DNA of 63,864 bases, filler included, from Reclinomonas americana ATCC 50394 (lineage: Eukaryota), in NCBI GenBank assembly GCA_048213135.1. It is 16 parts of 16 records of this genome, joined end to end, with 100 filler letters (N's around TTAATTAATTAA, not from the genome) between each part and the next. Parts side by side here need not be neighbours in the genome. Positions count along the whole stretch, not along the records: positions 38,197 to 42,704 come from AFZH01019396.1; positions 42,805 to 44,929 come from AFZH01019397.1; positions 45,030 to 55,809 come from AFZH01019399.1; 13 more parts are not named here. One strand, given 5' to 3'. Positions 40,858 through 52,924 of the stretch are shown piece by piece (position 1 is the first letter of the stretch; every line of letters starts with the position of its first letter). The translations under genes and the position numbers were made by a program. The notes beneath the pieces were generated by a model. It was not told the origin of the DNA, ran no database searches, and saw only the letters and a program-made list of their open reading frames with translations.

Positions 40858-41964
40858 TCACAGGCACAGCTGTGGGTCGCCGAGGCACCGATGCACAATG
40901 ACCGCCGCTTCCTCAACCGCGAAACACCGCAGCACGAGTTCCGCCAGGCAGCGCGAATCCCGTTCCTCCTCCTCCTCTTCTCCTGTTACAATTTGCATCT
41001 CCTGCACGCTGCGCATCGCCGAGTGCGCCACATCCAACTCCAGTTCAGCCAGTCCACACGGCGTCGACCACACGCGCAGCGTATCATCTGCACTCGCACT
41101 CACGATGTGCTGACCGTTGGGAGTGACGGCGACAGCAGACACTTGTTGCGTGTGTCCCTCCAACCGCTGCACTTGCTCTCCGCTCGCCAGCGACCACACT
41201 CGCACCGTCTTGTCATCGCCGCCACTCACCACGTGTCGCCCACTCGGAGTGACGACGACCGACTGCACCCACGTAGTGTGACCCACGAGTTGCTTAAGCT
41301 CCTTGCCAGTCGCCAGATCCCACACCCGCACCTTGACATCGAGACCGCCGCCCACAACATGTCGGCTGTCGGGAGTGACGGCGATCGACTCCACGATGCC
41401 GGTGGAATTGCCAACCATACGCGCTCTTCCTCCGTCGAGCCGTCGTACTTCTTCTCCTCTCACCAGCGACCATACGCGCACGGTGTTGTCATGACCAGCG
41501 CTCACAATGTGCTGACCATCCACAGTGACGGCCACAGATCTCACCATCATCGTGTGTCCATCGAACCGCTGCACTTGATCTCCACTCGCCAGTGACCACA
41601 CTCTCACCGTCTTGTCATCACTCCCGCTCACAGCGTACTGCCCATCGGGAGTGACGACGACTGAGCACACACACCCAGTGTGCCCCTTCAGTTGTCGCAC
41701 CTGCTTTCCACTGGCCATAGACCACACACGCACAGTCTTATCCCCACTCCCACTGAGAATGTGCTGGCCGTCAGGAGTGACGACCAGCGACATCGCATTG
41801 CGTGTGTGTCCCTCCAGTCGGCGCACTTCTTTGTCAGTCGCCAGTGACCACACATGCACTGCTCTGTCATTGCCTCCGCTCACAAGGTGCTGGCCATCGG
41901 GAGTGACGGTGACGGACCACACTGGTCCCGTGTGCTTGAAGACGCGGGTGCAGCGGAAGGTCAT
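40858..41964 (-). CDS. Intronless WD40-repeat protein, copy 1 (7 highly similar repeats plus short helical C-terminus)
   Basis: MTFRCTRVFKHTGPV... is followed by repeats of GHT..V.SV.VTPDGQH.VSG.DDKTVRVWSLA.G. The ORF-track extension upstream of 41964 is low-complexity sequence. Confidence 0.92.
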   Translation of the reverse strand: MTFRCTRVFKHTGPVWSVTVTPDGQHLVSGGNDRAVHVWSLATDKEVRRLEGHTRNAMSLVVTPDGQHILSGSGDKTVRVWSMASGKQVRQLKGHTGCVCSVVVTPDGQYAVSGSDDKTVRVWSLASGDQVQRFDGHTMMVRSVAVTVDGQHIVSAGHDNTVRVWSLVRGEEVRRLDGGRARMVGNSTGIVESIAVTPDSRHVVGGGLDVKVRVWDLATGKELKQLVGHTTWVQSVVVTPSGRHVVSGGDDKTVRVWSLASGEQVQRLEGHTQQVSAVAVTPNGQHIVSASADDTLRVWSTPCGLAELELDVAHSAMRSVQEMQIVTGEEEEEERDSRCLAELVLRCFAVEEAAVIVHRCLGDPQLCL

Positions 41965-42411
41965 CGAGAGGGGAAGGAGAAGGGGAAGCAGAGGAGAGGG
42001 GAAGCAGAGGAGAGGAGAAGGAGAAGGAGAGGAGAGAGAGAGAGAAGGTGAAGGAGAGGAGAAGGAGAGGAGGTGGCTGTGGAGAGAGCAAAGGGAAAGC
42101 AGAGGAGTGAGAGCAATGGGTACAGATGGAGGAACTGTAGAACAAGAGATGCCTACACCGGGAGGAGACGGGGTTGAGAGGAGAGAGCAAGCGCGCGCGA
42201 GTGCGGAAAAATTGTCGCCTTGTCCTTTCGGCGTCCTCACTTCGCGCTCTCGCTTGCCAGCGTTGAGTTCAAGATAGTCAGCAGTGCACAAGAACATCAT
42301 GGACATTGAAGACAGCAACAGCAACTACAAGTTTACATGCAGCTCAAGCGGACGCTCAAAGACTTCGACGTCTCTTCAACACCTGCCTCTCTCTCCGTCA
42401 GTTGCCACAAT

Positions 42412-42704
42412 TCACAAACACAGCTGAGGGTCGCAGTGGCACCGATACACAATCACCTCTGCCTCCTCAACCACGAAACACCGCATCACTAGTTCAGGCA
42501 GGCAGCGCGAATCCAGTTCTTCCTCCACTTGCATCTCCTGTACGCTTCGCATTGCCGAGCGCGCCGCATCCACTTCCAGCTGAGCGAGACCGCACGGCGT
42601 CGACCAGACACGCACCAAATTGTCTGCACCTCCACTCACAATGTGTTGACCGCCCGGGGAAACAGCGACAGACCGAACACTCTCGTGTTCCTCCAGCCGC
42701 TGCA
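42412..42704 (-). CDS. WD40-repeat protein, copy 2 (3' part only; rest in gap)
   Basis: LEEHESVRSVAVSPGGQHIVSGGADNLVRVWSTPCGLAQLEVD...HCDPQLCL* is paralogous to the end of copy 1. Flanking non-coding DNA is also duplicated. Confidence 0.85.
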
Positions 42705-43508
42705 NNNNNNNNNNNNNNNNNNNNNNNNNNNNNNNNNNNNNNNNNNNNTTAATTAATTAANNNNNNNNNNNNNNNNNNNNNNNNNNNNNNNNNNNNNNNN
42801 NNNNGGAGGAGGAGAAGGGGAGGAGAAGGAGAGGGGAAGGAGAGGGGAAGAGAGGAGAAAGCGAAGGAGGGGAGAAGGAGGGGAAGGAGAAGGAGAGAGC
42901 AAGGGGGATGCGCGGGAGTGAGAGCAACGGGAACAAAGAGGGAAGAACTGTTGCGCAAGGGATGACTGCAGCGCGAGGGAATGGAGAGAGAGTGCAATCG
43001 CGCGCGTGCGCCTGTGCTCGGAAAATTGTTAGTTGTCCATTTCATGTCCTCACTTCTTTCGCTGTTGCCGCCATTGTTGTGCTCCAGCGAGTCAACGGTG
43101 TGCAACACGACTGCAGTGACAAGCACGACAACAGCAGCAACATTTTGTGCGCCAAATATCTTCGACGTCGACGTTCTCTTTCTTTCTTGCATGTTTTTCG
43201 CTAATGCAAGCTGCGACTCTTGTGTCTCGTTGTTGCTGTGTTGTGCATGCACGTCTGCTGTTGTGCAGACTGAGTGACTGTGAGAGGTTTGCAGGACAAA
43301 GACAGAGTCCGAACAAACGCAGCAACTCAGTCAGAAAGAGAAGACCACCTTTCCTCAACAATGAGACGCAGAGTTGCGTGCGCCACTTGTGTGTGTGTGT
43401 CTCTCTTCGCATGCACAGTTCGCCATGCGCGCGAAAAAAAGTGCGGAGAATTTGACACATTAAAGTATGTGGTGTGCTCTTTGTGTGTGTGTGTTTGTGT
43501 GTGTGCAG

Positions 43509-44863
43509 CCGGTGTATTCGACTATTGCAGTGTGCTGTGTGATATCAGCGGGTCTTATTGTGGCTGCGCTGGTGAGTGCATTGATGATCAATACATGTCT
43601 TGAATCACAGGAGACTTGCTTCTCTCGACCCTCTGTCTCTCTCTTGCATGCTCACTCTGCGCTCTTACAAACACTCAGTCACACTAGCTCTTTCATACTC
43701 TCACTGGCCCCTTCTCCCTCCGTTTTCGCCAACTCACTCAATGCTCTGCCTCCCGCATTCTCACTCTCTCTTCCCTCGCTCTTCTCTCTCTTTTCGTCAC
43801 TCTCTCTGTCTCCCTCACTCTCTCTCTCTCTCTCTGTGTATGTCTCTCATGACCTCCTTTCTTCCCTTCATCTCTCACTCGCTCCTCTGGTCGTCTGTCT
43901 CTCGCGCAGCCTTCCCTGCTCACTCGCTCCCTCCCTTTTTCTCACTCACTAACTCTCTAATATCGTTCTTCTCTCATCCCTCGCTCTCACTCACTTCGTC
44001 CCTCTCCGTCTCTGTTACTCTGGCACTCATACGCCATGTTCCTTTTCCTTGCATCTCTCGCTCGCCCCGTGTGACTGCGCTCACTCGCTCGCTCATTCAC
44101 CGCATCCAGTCTTCTCCTTTGAGATTTCACTCCATCACTCCCCTTATTGTGCCAACCCTCTTCCTTCCGTCCTTCCCCACTCACTCAGTCACACACTCTC
44201 CTTCTTTCCCATTTCTCCTTCGCTTCACTCTTTCTCTTCCCTTTTCCTCCTCCCTTTCCCACTCACCATCCCTCCCCTCCCCCAGGTGCTGAAGGACTGG
44301 TTCGGTGTGGAGAACCAAGGTGTGTCCACCTGCCTCACCACTCACTGCACGTCGCCCACTCACCTCCTTCCCCTTTTGCCGCGCAGTCATCGTGGCGCAG
44401 AACACGCAGGACCCCGACGTGACCTATCACGCCATCTTCAACGTGGCCATTGATCCGTTCACTGTCGACTGGAAGGGTAAGGCATCCGGGCTAGTCGCGC
44501 CCTCACTCCTTGCTCACCCAGCTGACGACTGCGCTCCTCGCAGTGGAGCTGTTCTCGTACAAGGGCACGCAGGTGACGAGCGAGGTGCAGTCGGTGTTCT
44601 ACGAAGGGTCATTGTCGGGAGCGTGTGGTTTGTGGCTTGTATGTGTCGAGGCGTCGGAACGTGAGGTTTGAAACGTGCTGCCGCAGATGTGCAGCTGATT
44701 GTGGACGAGCTGCATGGCAACGATCATTGCGATCTGGTGTCGAAGTTTGGCAAGGGTGTGGCGATTATCGCGGTGGCGGCAGGTGAAAAGGGGGGAAGGG
44801 AAAGGGGGAATGGGGGGGGGAGGGGAAGGGAGAAGGGAAGTGGGGGAGGTAGGGGGAAAGGGA

Positions 44864-44923
<60 letters not shown>

Positions 44924-45063
44924 GAGGAGNNNNNNNNNNNNNNNNNNNNNNNNNNNNNNNNNNNNNNNNNNNNTTAATTAATTAANNNNNNNNNNNNNNN
45001 NNNNNNNNNNNNNNNNNNNNNNNNNNNNNTCGAGATGACCGCTCTTTCTCTCTCTCCGTCCTC

Positions 45064-45108
<45 letters not shown>

Positions 45109-45986
45109 ACTCACCCGAGTTGTGCCACAGCGGCCATGTGCGGCATTGCGGCGCTGACGTCCCTGCTCGGCTCGTGCTCGCAAGACTCCAAGTGCTGCGC
45201 CTTTATGAATAGCGTTGCGTTTTGGTTTGTAGGTTGTCTATCGCGCTGTTTTTGCCAACCTTTTGCTCCTCCCTCACATAGATCATTGTGCTGGTGGCCT
45301 TCCTCACCACGGCAGTGGTTTCCGGTATGTTTCCCTTCCATCAGTCAAACCGCGCTTGTCCCCTCACTCCGTTCTCTTCGTTGCACAGCGCTTTGGGGTG
45401 CGCTGGCCATCAAGGGCAAGTCGGTAAGTCCATTATTCGGCTTCACCGTGCCTCGCCGCTGTCTCACCACGCTGCGCAGTACATCAACGACGGACTCGGT
45501 GCGTTCGTGCAGAAGGAGCTGATTCCGATGGGTGTGCCGACGACGATTGCGAATGGTTTGTGTCCACGCTTGGTCTTCTGCGCATTTCCGACTCACCCAT
45601 TCTCCGTGCGCAGGCAACGGTCAGTTTGATGCGCATCTGTCGCTGTGGCTGGCGGTCGGCGCTGCTGGTGCGTGTGCTTCACTTCTTTTCTGGGACTCGC
45701 CGCCTCATTCTCTTGCCACAGGCCCCATGCTGATCGCCGTGCTCGCCGGGTTTATGGCTTGCTGCTGGTTCGTCGCCCTGCCCTTCTCTCAATACTCTTG
45801 CGCTCACCTCTCCCACGCAGCGGCTCCGCCAGCGACGACGAGAAGCGCATGCTGCGCGAGCCCATCAACATTGTGTCGTACTCGACTGCCCCGCCGGCGT
45901 CGTACGGCTCGCAGCCGCAGTCGTTCAGCGCGCCACCGGTGTCGTATTCGACGGCGCCGCCCAACAATCGCTACACGAGAATGTGA
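43509..45986 (+). CDS. Four-TM membrane protein, claudin/PMP22/SUR7-like topology (multi-exon, spans one gap; start uncertain)
   Basis: TM1 (IAVCCVISAGLIVAAL) is followed by VLKDWF and a long loop containing Cys. Three further TM segments lead to a Pro/Tyr/Ser-rich tail (SYSTAPP twice) ending NRYTRM*. Confidence 0.6.
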
Positions 45987-46127
45987 GCGAGATGGGGAGA
46001 AGGAGGGGGAGAATAGGGGGAAAGTGATGAGGCATGAAGGTGGTCTGCCGGAAAGGGAAAGGGGGTGGGAAGGGGGGATGGGAAAGAGGAGAGGAACGAG
46101 GGTAGTGGGATAGTTCTCAAAGAACGA

Positions 46128-46565
46128 ATGCAAAATGTAGGCAAGGGAGTCGGGAGTCTGGACACAAGGCGAAGAGAGGGAGACCTTGTTGCCGAAGGAA
46201 ACGACGCTGAAAGGGGTGTTGCATCTGAACGACAGGCTTCGCGATCAGGCCTGGAGAAAGCAATGCTCCAGCTTTCTAAGAGGCATGCCTTCAGAACGTC
46301 GCAAACTCGGTGGCACACAAAGTCCTCTCATGCTCAAAGGACAACTCCATCTCTCTCATGTCAACGCCATGCTCCTCAGCGTCCACGCCTTCTCGCAGTC
46401 GCCTGCCTGTTCCACGCAGTCGACCGCAGAGTGCGCTCGTGCGATCCACTGATGACGCACCTCGCTTGTCAACAGCAACATCGATAACAACAACAGCAAC
46501 GACATTGATGATGTCAACAGAGTCGGCTGTGATGCGGGAGAGTGTGGATGAAAGAGTGAGTGAGT

Positions 46566-46596
<31 letters not shown>

Positions 46597-48982
46597 CACG
46601 AGGGGAGGGAAGATGTGTATCGTGATCTTACTTGTCTCTTTCCCGCTCAGCACGCCACTCGACTACCGCGACCGCAGAGTGCGCGTGAGCATCGCTCAGG
46701 CCAGACTGAGAAAGTGGAAGACGAGCTTCTCGATGGTGTGGTCGGAGTGGAAGGCGAGGAGAAGGAGGAGAATAAGGCAACGCGACAAGTGGCGCCTGTC
46801 CAACCTCCCATTGCTTCACGCAAGGCTGATGATGAGCCTCTTGGTGGCACAGTTGGAGTGGATGGCGAGGAGAAGAGGACAGCAGCACCTCGGCAACGAC
46901 CTGCCCGACCGCGTAGTGCAAGTGAGCATCGCTCAGGCAAGACCGAGGAGCCTGACGATCATCTCGATGCCGCGAACGGAGTGGAAGGCGTGAAGAAGAC
47001 AGTGCCTCGACAGCGACCTACCCGACAGCTGGGCGTTCGAGGCAAGACTGCGGAAGCTGACGATCATCTCGATGCCGCGAACGGAGGGCAAGGCGACGAG
47101 GAGAAGAAGAAGCCAGTGCCTCGGCAGCGACCTGCCCGACCGCTGAGCGCGCGAGATCGCCCTTCAGGCAAGACGGAGAATCCTGACGCTGAGCTGCTTG
47201 GTGGCACAGTTGGAGTGGATGACGAGGAGAAGAGGACAGCAGCACCTCGGCAGCGACCTGCCCGACCTCAGAGTGCACGCGGCAAGACTGAGAAGCCTGA
47301 CGATCATCTCGATGCCGGGAACAGAGAAGAAGGCGTGATGAAGACAGTGCCTCGGCAACGACCTGCCCGACCGCTGAGTGCACGAGATCGCCCTTCACGC
47401 AAAGCTGAGGAGCCTGACGAGGAGCTGCTTGACGGTGCGAAAGGAGTGGATCGCGAGGAGAAGTTGAAGGCAACTGCACCTCGACAGCGACCGGCTCGAC
47501 CGCTGATCGCACGTTCTTCAGGCAAGACTGAGGAGCCGGACGATGAGCTGCTTGATGGTGCGAACGAGGAGCCGCATCCGCCAAGGCCTCGGCAACGACA
47601 AATGGCGCCTGCGCCTGCTCGCCCAGGTGCGTTGCTCCACTTTATTCTTGAGTTGTTGAAGCGCTCATCGCTGTGTGTAGTTGCCGCTGCGCGACCTGGC
47701 AAGGTCGGCAAGCGAGGAAAGGCCGTGTCGTATTTTGTATACAACAAGCTGGTGGGCGAGGCGGAGTGCTCGTTGCGTTGTGTCTTTGACGACGTGTATT
47801 TGCTGGCACTGAGCGACGTCTGTGATACAGGGAGGAGGAATTTGCGCGCGTGTTGCAGTTACCCGCGCTCCCGCGCATCACGGTTTCCGCTCCTCTTCTC
47901 ACTCGTTGTGCAGGTTGTATCACGACTCGTGGGCCAACCGCGTGTACACGCTGTGGCGCAGCAATCTCACAGGGCGTGAGTTGCGTGGTTGAGGAGGGGA
48001 GGCAAGAAGTGAGTTGAGATTTGCTCATGATCCACAGATGCGTGCGAGTCAAGGGTCCCTGTCTCTGCTTTTGTGGCCACTCTGTTGCGTGCGAGACTGC
48101 AGTGTATCTCTCTTTGTGTGCCTGTGAACTGACGGCGTGCTTGTGATGCTGCAGTACAAGTCGCATGAGGTGCTTGGCAGTCGATCGCACTTGCTTTCCC
48201 CCTGTGAGACACGCGCACAGATACCCCTCTTCTCCCTTCCCCCTTCTCCTCCCGTCTCTCCCTCCATTCTCCTCATGATTTTCTGGTTTGTTCATTGTCT
48301 TCTGCAACGTGACTCATCGGTTGTCGCGTCACGCAGTGGTGGGACGCCGAGGGCAAACAGCTGCGATGCCGTGTCGCCACGTGCAAGTGTGCGCGGTTCG
48401 AGGTACGGCTGAGTACCTCACATGCCATTTGCCATGTACGTGCTCACCCGCCTACTTTCCTTTTCAGTACCTCCACCACCAAGGCTCGTGGTTCCTGCAG
48501 TGTCGCTGCAAGGTGTGTCATTGTCCGTGTTGCTGCAGCACCACTTTCCCTTTTTTCACACCTCTTCAACAGCACCCGGGCATCGAGCATCGCAAGTCCG
48601 GTCGTCCGTCCCCGTGCCAGCACGCCGGCTGCGAGTGCCGCGAGTTCAGCACTGATTTCACGTGCATGTGTGGCGATCAGTGGAACGATCATAGTACGTT
48701 CGTGGACACGGAGGCGGAGAGGAGGGTGGAGGGTCGACCGGTGGATTCGGAGGTTGCGTTATTTGGGGATGAATATGTTGTGCGTGTCTCGGCGGTTGAC
48801 GAAGAGTGGGGTGGTTGTGGATGCAGCTGGTCAAAGGCGAACGTCGGCAGCAGATGCGTGATACGGTGAAGCAGCAGAAGGAGGCCGGGTGTGGCATGTG
48901 TGTTGGATGCAAGTGCCTCATGCCGTGTCAGAGGAGGGGTGGGGGAGGAGGAAAAGGAGGAGAAGGAGGAGGAGGCAAGTGA
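46128..48982 (+). CDS. FAM221A: FAM221A-like (DUF4475) Cys/His-rich protein with repetitive N-terminal extension; both ends approximate
   Basis: YFVYNKLVGE, NRVYTLWRS, CVRVKGPCLCFCGHSYKSH, CRVATCKC, QCRCKH and FTCMCGDQWNDHSTFVDTEAERRVEGRPV follow the FAM221A motif order. Confidence 0.85.
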
Positions 48983-49442
48983 ACACCGCAACTGAAGAGC
49001 CAACGCGATTCACACGTGCGGCTGCATTGCAGTCTTCAAATTATTCATACAGACCGTCTCTCTCCTATTCATTACGACGGCCCAGCTGGTCCTGCTCCTC
49101 CTATTAGACGCCGCAATTCGTCCAGCACATACTATGCTGACACTCGTGGTCTCTGCATCACACGCGCGTAATGAGCAGCCACCTCTCCCGGCGACACCAT
49201 CCACTTCGCAACCCAGCACTGGCGAATCAGATTGCGAATGTCTTCCGGCACGCTTGTCCGCACACTGTCATCGTCAAGATCGGCATCCACTCCGCCGATT
49301 GTGCATCTCAAGCTTGCCTCCTGACAAGGTATCGCATGTACGCCGCGATCTGCGACACACCGCCAATACAGAGAGCGGCATGAGATCCCACGTGGTGGTG
49401 GTGATAGTGATGATGGTGGCGGAGGGGATTGTCGATAAGATG

Positions 49443-49991
49443 TTATGTTGGTAGCTGTTGCTCCGCAGCGAGACGGTCGAGCAACTCGGCCACTTGCTGA
49501 TGGCCATGGTCGCGTGCCAGCTGAGCCGCCGTCTTGCCCTTCTCATCGACCGTGGGAATAAGACTGGAGCAACGAGTAGCGAGGATTCGCACAATATCTC
49601 CGTGGCCTTTCTCAGCAGCCACATGCAGTGCAGTGCGCTGGTCGTGCGCTGCTACAGCTTGCCTCATCTCCAGTGAACACCGTCGCTCATCGGCCAGCAA
49701 CCACTCCACCACGTGCACATGCCCTTCGCGGGCAGCCACCATCAGCGGCGTCCAGCCACCAAAGGCGACCATCTGTACGAGTTGCGACCCGACACCACTC
49801 TCCTCCCACAAGTACTCCAACACTGCGAGGTGACCACAAGCAGCGGCGCAGTAATATGCCGAGCTGCCGTACGAATCCATCTCCTCTCGCTTCAGCAGAG
49901 CGCGTATGCCCTCACGTGCCACCAACTCGCGCAGTGCCACCACATCGCCACTCCACGCCATCTCCCATGCATTGTTTTTCTGCTGTTGCCT
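49443..49991 (-). CDS. Ankyrin-repeat protein (about 4 repeats); an upstream exon is likely
   Basis: SAYYCAAACGHLAVLEYL, GWTPLMVAAREGHVHVVEWLL, RTALHVAAEKGHGDIVRIL and GKTAAQLARDHGHQQVAELL. Confidence 0.9.
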   Translation of the reverse strand, partial: RQQQKNNAWEMAWSGDVVALRELVAREGIRALLKREEMDSYGSSAYYCAAACGHLAVLEYLWEESGVGSQLVQMVAFGGWTPLMVAAREGHVHVVEWLLADERRCSLEMRQAVAAHDQRTALHVAAEKGHGDIVRILATRCSSLIPTVDEKGKTAAQLARDHGHQQVAELLDRLAAEQQLPT

Positions 49992-50437
49992 GTCGACGAG
50001 AACGAGTCGTCAGAGAGTGAGTGTGAGAGAGAGAAGAGGATGACAGGCGACAAACCTGTCACCGCCCTGCGCTGCGCCCATCACTCGACTTCTGTTGCAA
50101 ACGGCGGACGCAGGACAGCTCTCAATCGATCACAACTTCTGTAACCACTGAGCGAGCGAGTGAGCCATCGCGCAGCTCGCACACAAGCAGGCACGTGTCG
50201 CGCACACTGTCGCACACCATACACGCTCGATGTGCGGACAGTGCCGCGAAGGCGCAGCTCGTTTGCGATCGATTTCTGCAGCTGGCGTGCTTCCACCCAA
50301 GATCTGTTTCTGCGATGTCTCGGTTTCTCAAGGTGGTGTTGCTGTGTAGACTGGTAAAGCTCTTGTTCTGGTGCAGTTGATGCATGCATTGGTCGCCGTC
50401 CCAGGGACGGCGTCCTTTCATCGCCGCCTCGAGAGCC

Positions 50438-52160
50438 ATGAGCTTCTCCTTCCTCCCACTCTACGACGACGATGACCTCCTCCGTGAATCCGCCACCTCA
50501 TCTCCTCCTCCTCACCTCTCCTTGCGTGTCGTCGACCGTGCCTATCGACTGCCACTGGGTGGAGTCGCGCGTGAGGCCGTGTTAGACGCGAATGCCGTGC
50601 CGTTCTATGTGTTTGGCATGCACGTGGAGGGTGCGAAGGAGGAGGTGGAGGTTGGGCGCATCTCGCTGCGTGTGACCAGTGATGATGAGTTCACGTTGCG
50701 AGTGCGCGGGCATATCGGGTATGCGGTGCAGGAGGAGCATCGAGGGAAGAGAGTTGAGTGGGGTAAAGGGGGAAGGGGGGCGGGAGGGAGGGAAGGGTGG
50801 AGGGGAGGGCGAGTGGCAGAAGAGAGGGGGGAATCATGGGACAGGGGCCGTCGGATGCACATGCCAGTGCTCCACTGCGCCATTTGTCGTCTCGATGTTC
50901 TACTTTTCTTCTTCATGGTGTTCTTCTCTTGCATCTTCTTGCTTTCTCCTCTTTCGTCGTCTTGTTATTCACGTTCATCTTCTCCTATTCTGCTCCAGTT
51001 GCTTCTCCTTGCTCTCTTCCTTTGCTTCTCCTCTTGAGTTGTCTTGCCCCCCATTCGTTTCTGACGTCATGGTCCGTTTCGTTTCTGCTCTTCACCTTGC
51101 TTCTCCTTGCGTTCTCCTCCCGATTCTTCTTGCTTTGTCCTCTTGCGCCGTCTTGGTCTCGTCTTGCATCCTGTTCCTCTTCTCTTCCTGCCTTTTCTCA
51201 TCTTTCTGCATCTTCTTGCTGCTCTCCTCCTGCTTCTTCTTGCTTGCCCCTCTTTTGCGTCGTCTTTCACTCCCCCCTTCCTCTTCTCCTCTTGCTTCTC
51301 CTCTTGCTCTTCTCATCTTGCTTCGTCTTGGTCTTGGTCTTGCTTCGCTGGTACGTCGTCTTGCTTTCGTCTCTCTCTCTTTCCGTTTCGCAGTGTTTCT
51401 CTCCGTCTCCCACTTCCGCTGCTTCATCTCGCCCTTGTGCTTATCCTCTTTTCGCTGTCTTGCTCGTGCTTGTGTTGTCTTGCTCGTCTCCTGGCTTTCT
51501 CCTCGTGCGTCGTCTTGCTCTCCCGATTGCATCATGTTCATCTTCTCCTCTTCTTCCTCTATTTGGTTCTCCTTGCTCTCCTCCTTTTGCTTCTTCATGG
51601 TGTTCCTCTCCTGCGTTGTTTTGCTCTCTCCTCTTGCTTCTCCTTGATCTTCTTCTCTTGTTTTTTCGTGCTCTTCTTGCTTCGCTCTCTGTTGTGCCTC
51701 TTCTCCTCCTCTCACTCTCGTTACTCGTTGCTTTTTGTTCTGCTCCTCTTTCCTCTCTCTTGTTCTTTTGCGTCTTCCCTCTGTCACTCTTTTCCCTTCG
51801 TGCTCTTCTCCTCTTCCCTCGCTTTCTCTTCTCTTTCCTCTCCCTTTCTCACTCCCGTTGCTGGTTGTTCCTCCATTGCATTCATTGCTCCTTTGCTTGC
51901 ATCCATCCCTTCCCCTTCATCCACAGTACGCCTCCCGCGCCCTTCGCATCGTCCTTCGCGTGGCACGCCAGCACGGCCTGCGCGAGGTCTTTGTCACCTG
52001 CAATCCCGACAACGCGGCCTCGCGGCGGACATGCGAGCTGGCGGGTGGCGAGCTGGTGGACGAGTGCGTGGAGGTGCCGGAGTGGAGTGATTTGTACCAG
52101 CGTGGCGCTCGCGTCGTCTGTCGCTATCGGTGGGAGCTGTCGAGCGGGGATGGGGAGTGA
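50438..52160 (+). CDS. GNAT-family acetyltransferase, bacterial COG3981-like; exons 50438-50752 and 51927-52160
   Basis: VPFYVF...VGRISLRV...GHIGYAVQEEHRGKR|YASRAL...VFVTCNPDNAASRRTCELAGGE...CRYRWEL. A phase-0 intron joins the acetyl-CoA-binding motif. Confidence 0.9.
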
Positions 52161-52924
52161 CGGGGACGCTGGAGAAGGCTGCTGTGAAGTCTTCTATGCC
52201 ACTGACGGACGCCTACGAGACGACACAAGTACCGCGATGTGATGCGCGCAACGCACGTAGAAGCGCGTCATCTTCTATTCACGAAACGGACTGGTGACAA
52301 CTTGGCTGAGCTGGTGCGTGGCCGTGTGCCTCAGGAGCGTGGGGCGGTGTGAGCCGTTTGACGCGGATCGAACGTTGTCACGGCCGCCCCCCTCCCTCCC
52401 CGCTTCGCTCAGGATCGTCGACGCAGTGACGCTTGCTGTCCAGACTGTGCGCCACGACCATTACGTCTGGTTGGCGCATTGCGGTGCCGTTGCCAGAATC
52501 AACAGGCGGCAGTGACAACTCCCGTGAGCAACACCATCATCAGCGACAACCACTCGACTGCACCTCAGCTCCTTGCGGGACCTAACTTGCACGTTGCCTG
52601 GCTTGTTGGTTTTCCCTATGTGTTCTGACACCAACAACTCTTGCTATCTCTCTCGTTACCATTGTGGAATTCGGCGTCAAATCCATGCTTGTCATGAGCC
52701 GTGGTTTCTCTTGCAGATCGCCAGCATTAGCCATCTCGACTTTTTCTCGCTTTTTTTCGTGATGTCTGAGTTTCTGGTGCTCACTCAAGATGGTAATCAT
52801 CATGCAGCTGTGTTGCTGTTTGGATTAGTAAAGTTGTTGTTGTGAAGGAGGGGAAGAGTGAAAAGGCAACGATCCGCGGCGCGAGCGATATCAAGTGCGT
52901 CAAATCCACTGGTCAATCACGCGT

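Noticed and set aside
50679..52242. Long Leu/Ser/Phe-rich and Arg/Glu-rich ORFs in the ORF track (also 25852-26964, 31353-32324, 35323-36039)
   Set aside because: They are translations of CT- or GA-rich intron sequence that lacks stop codons by composition.
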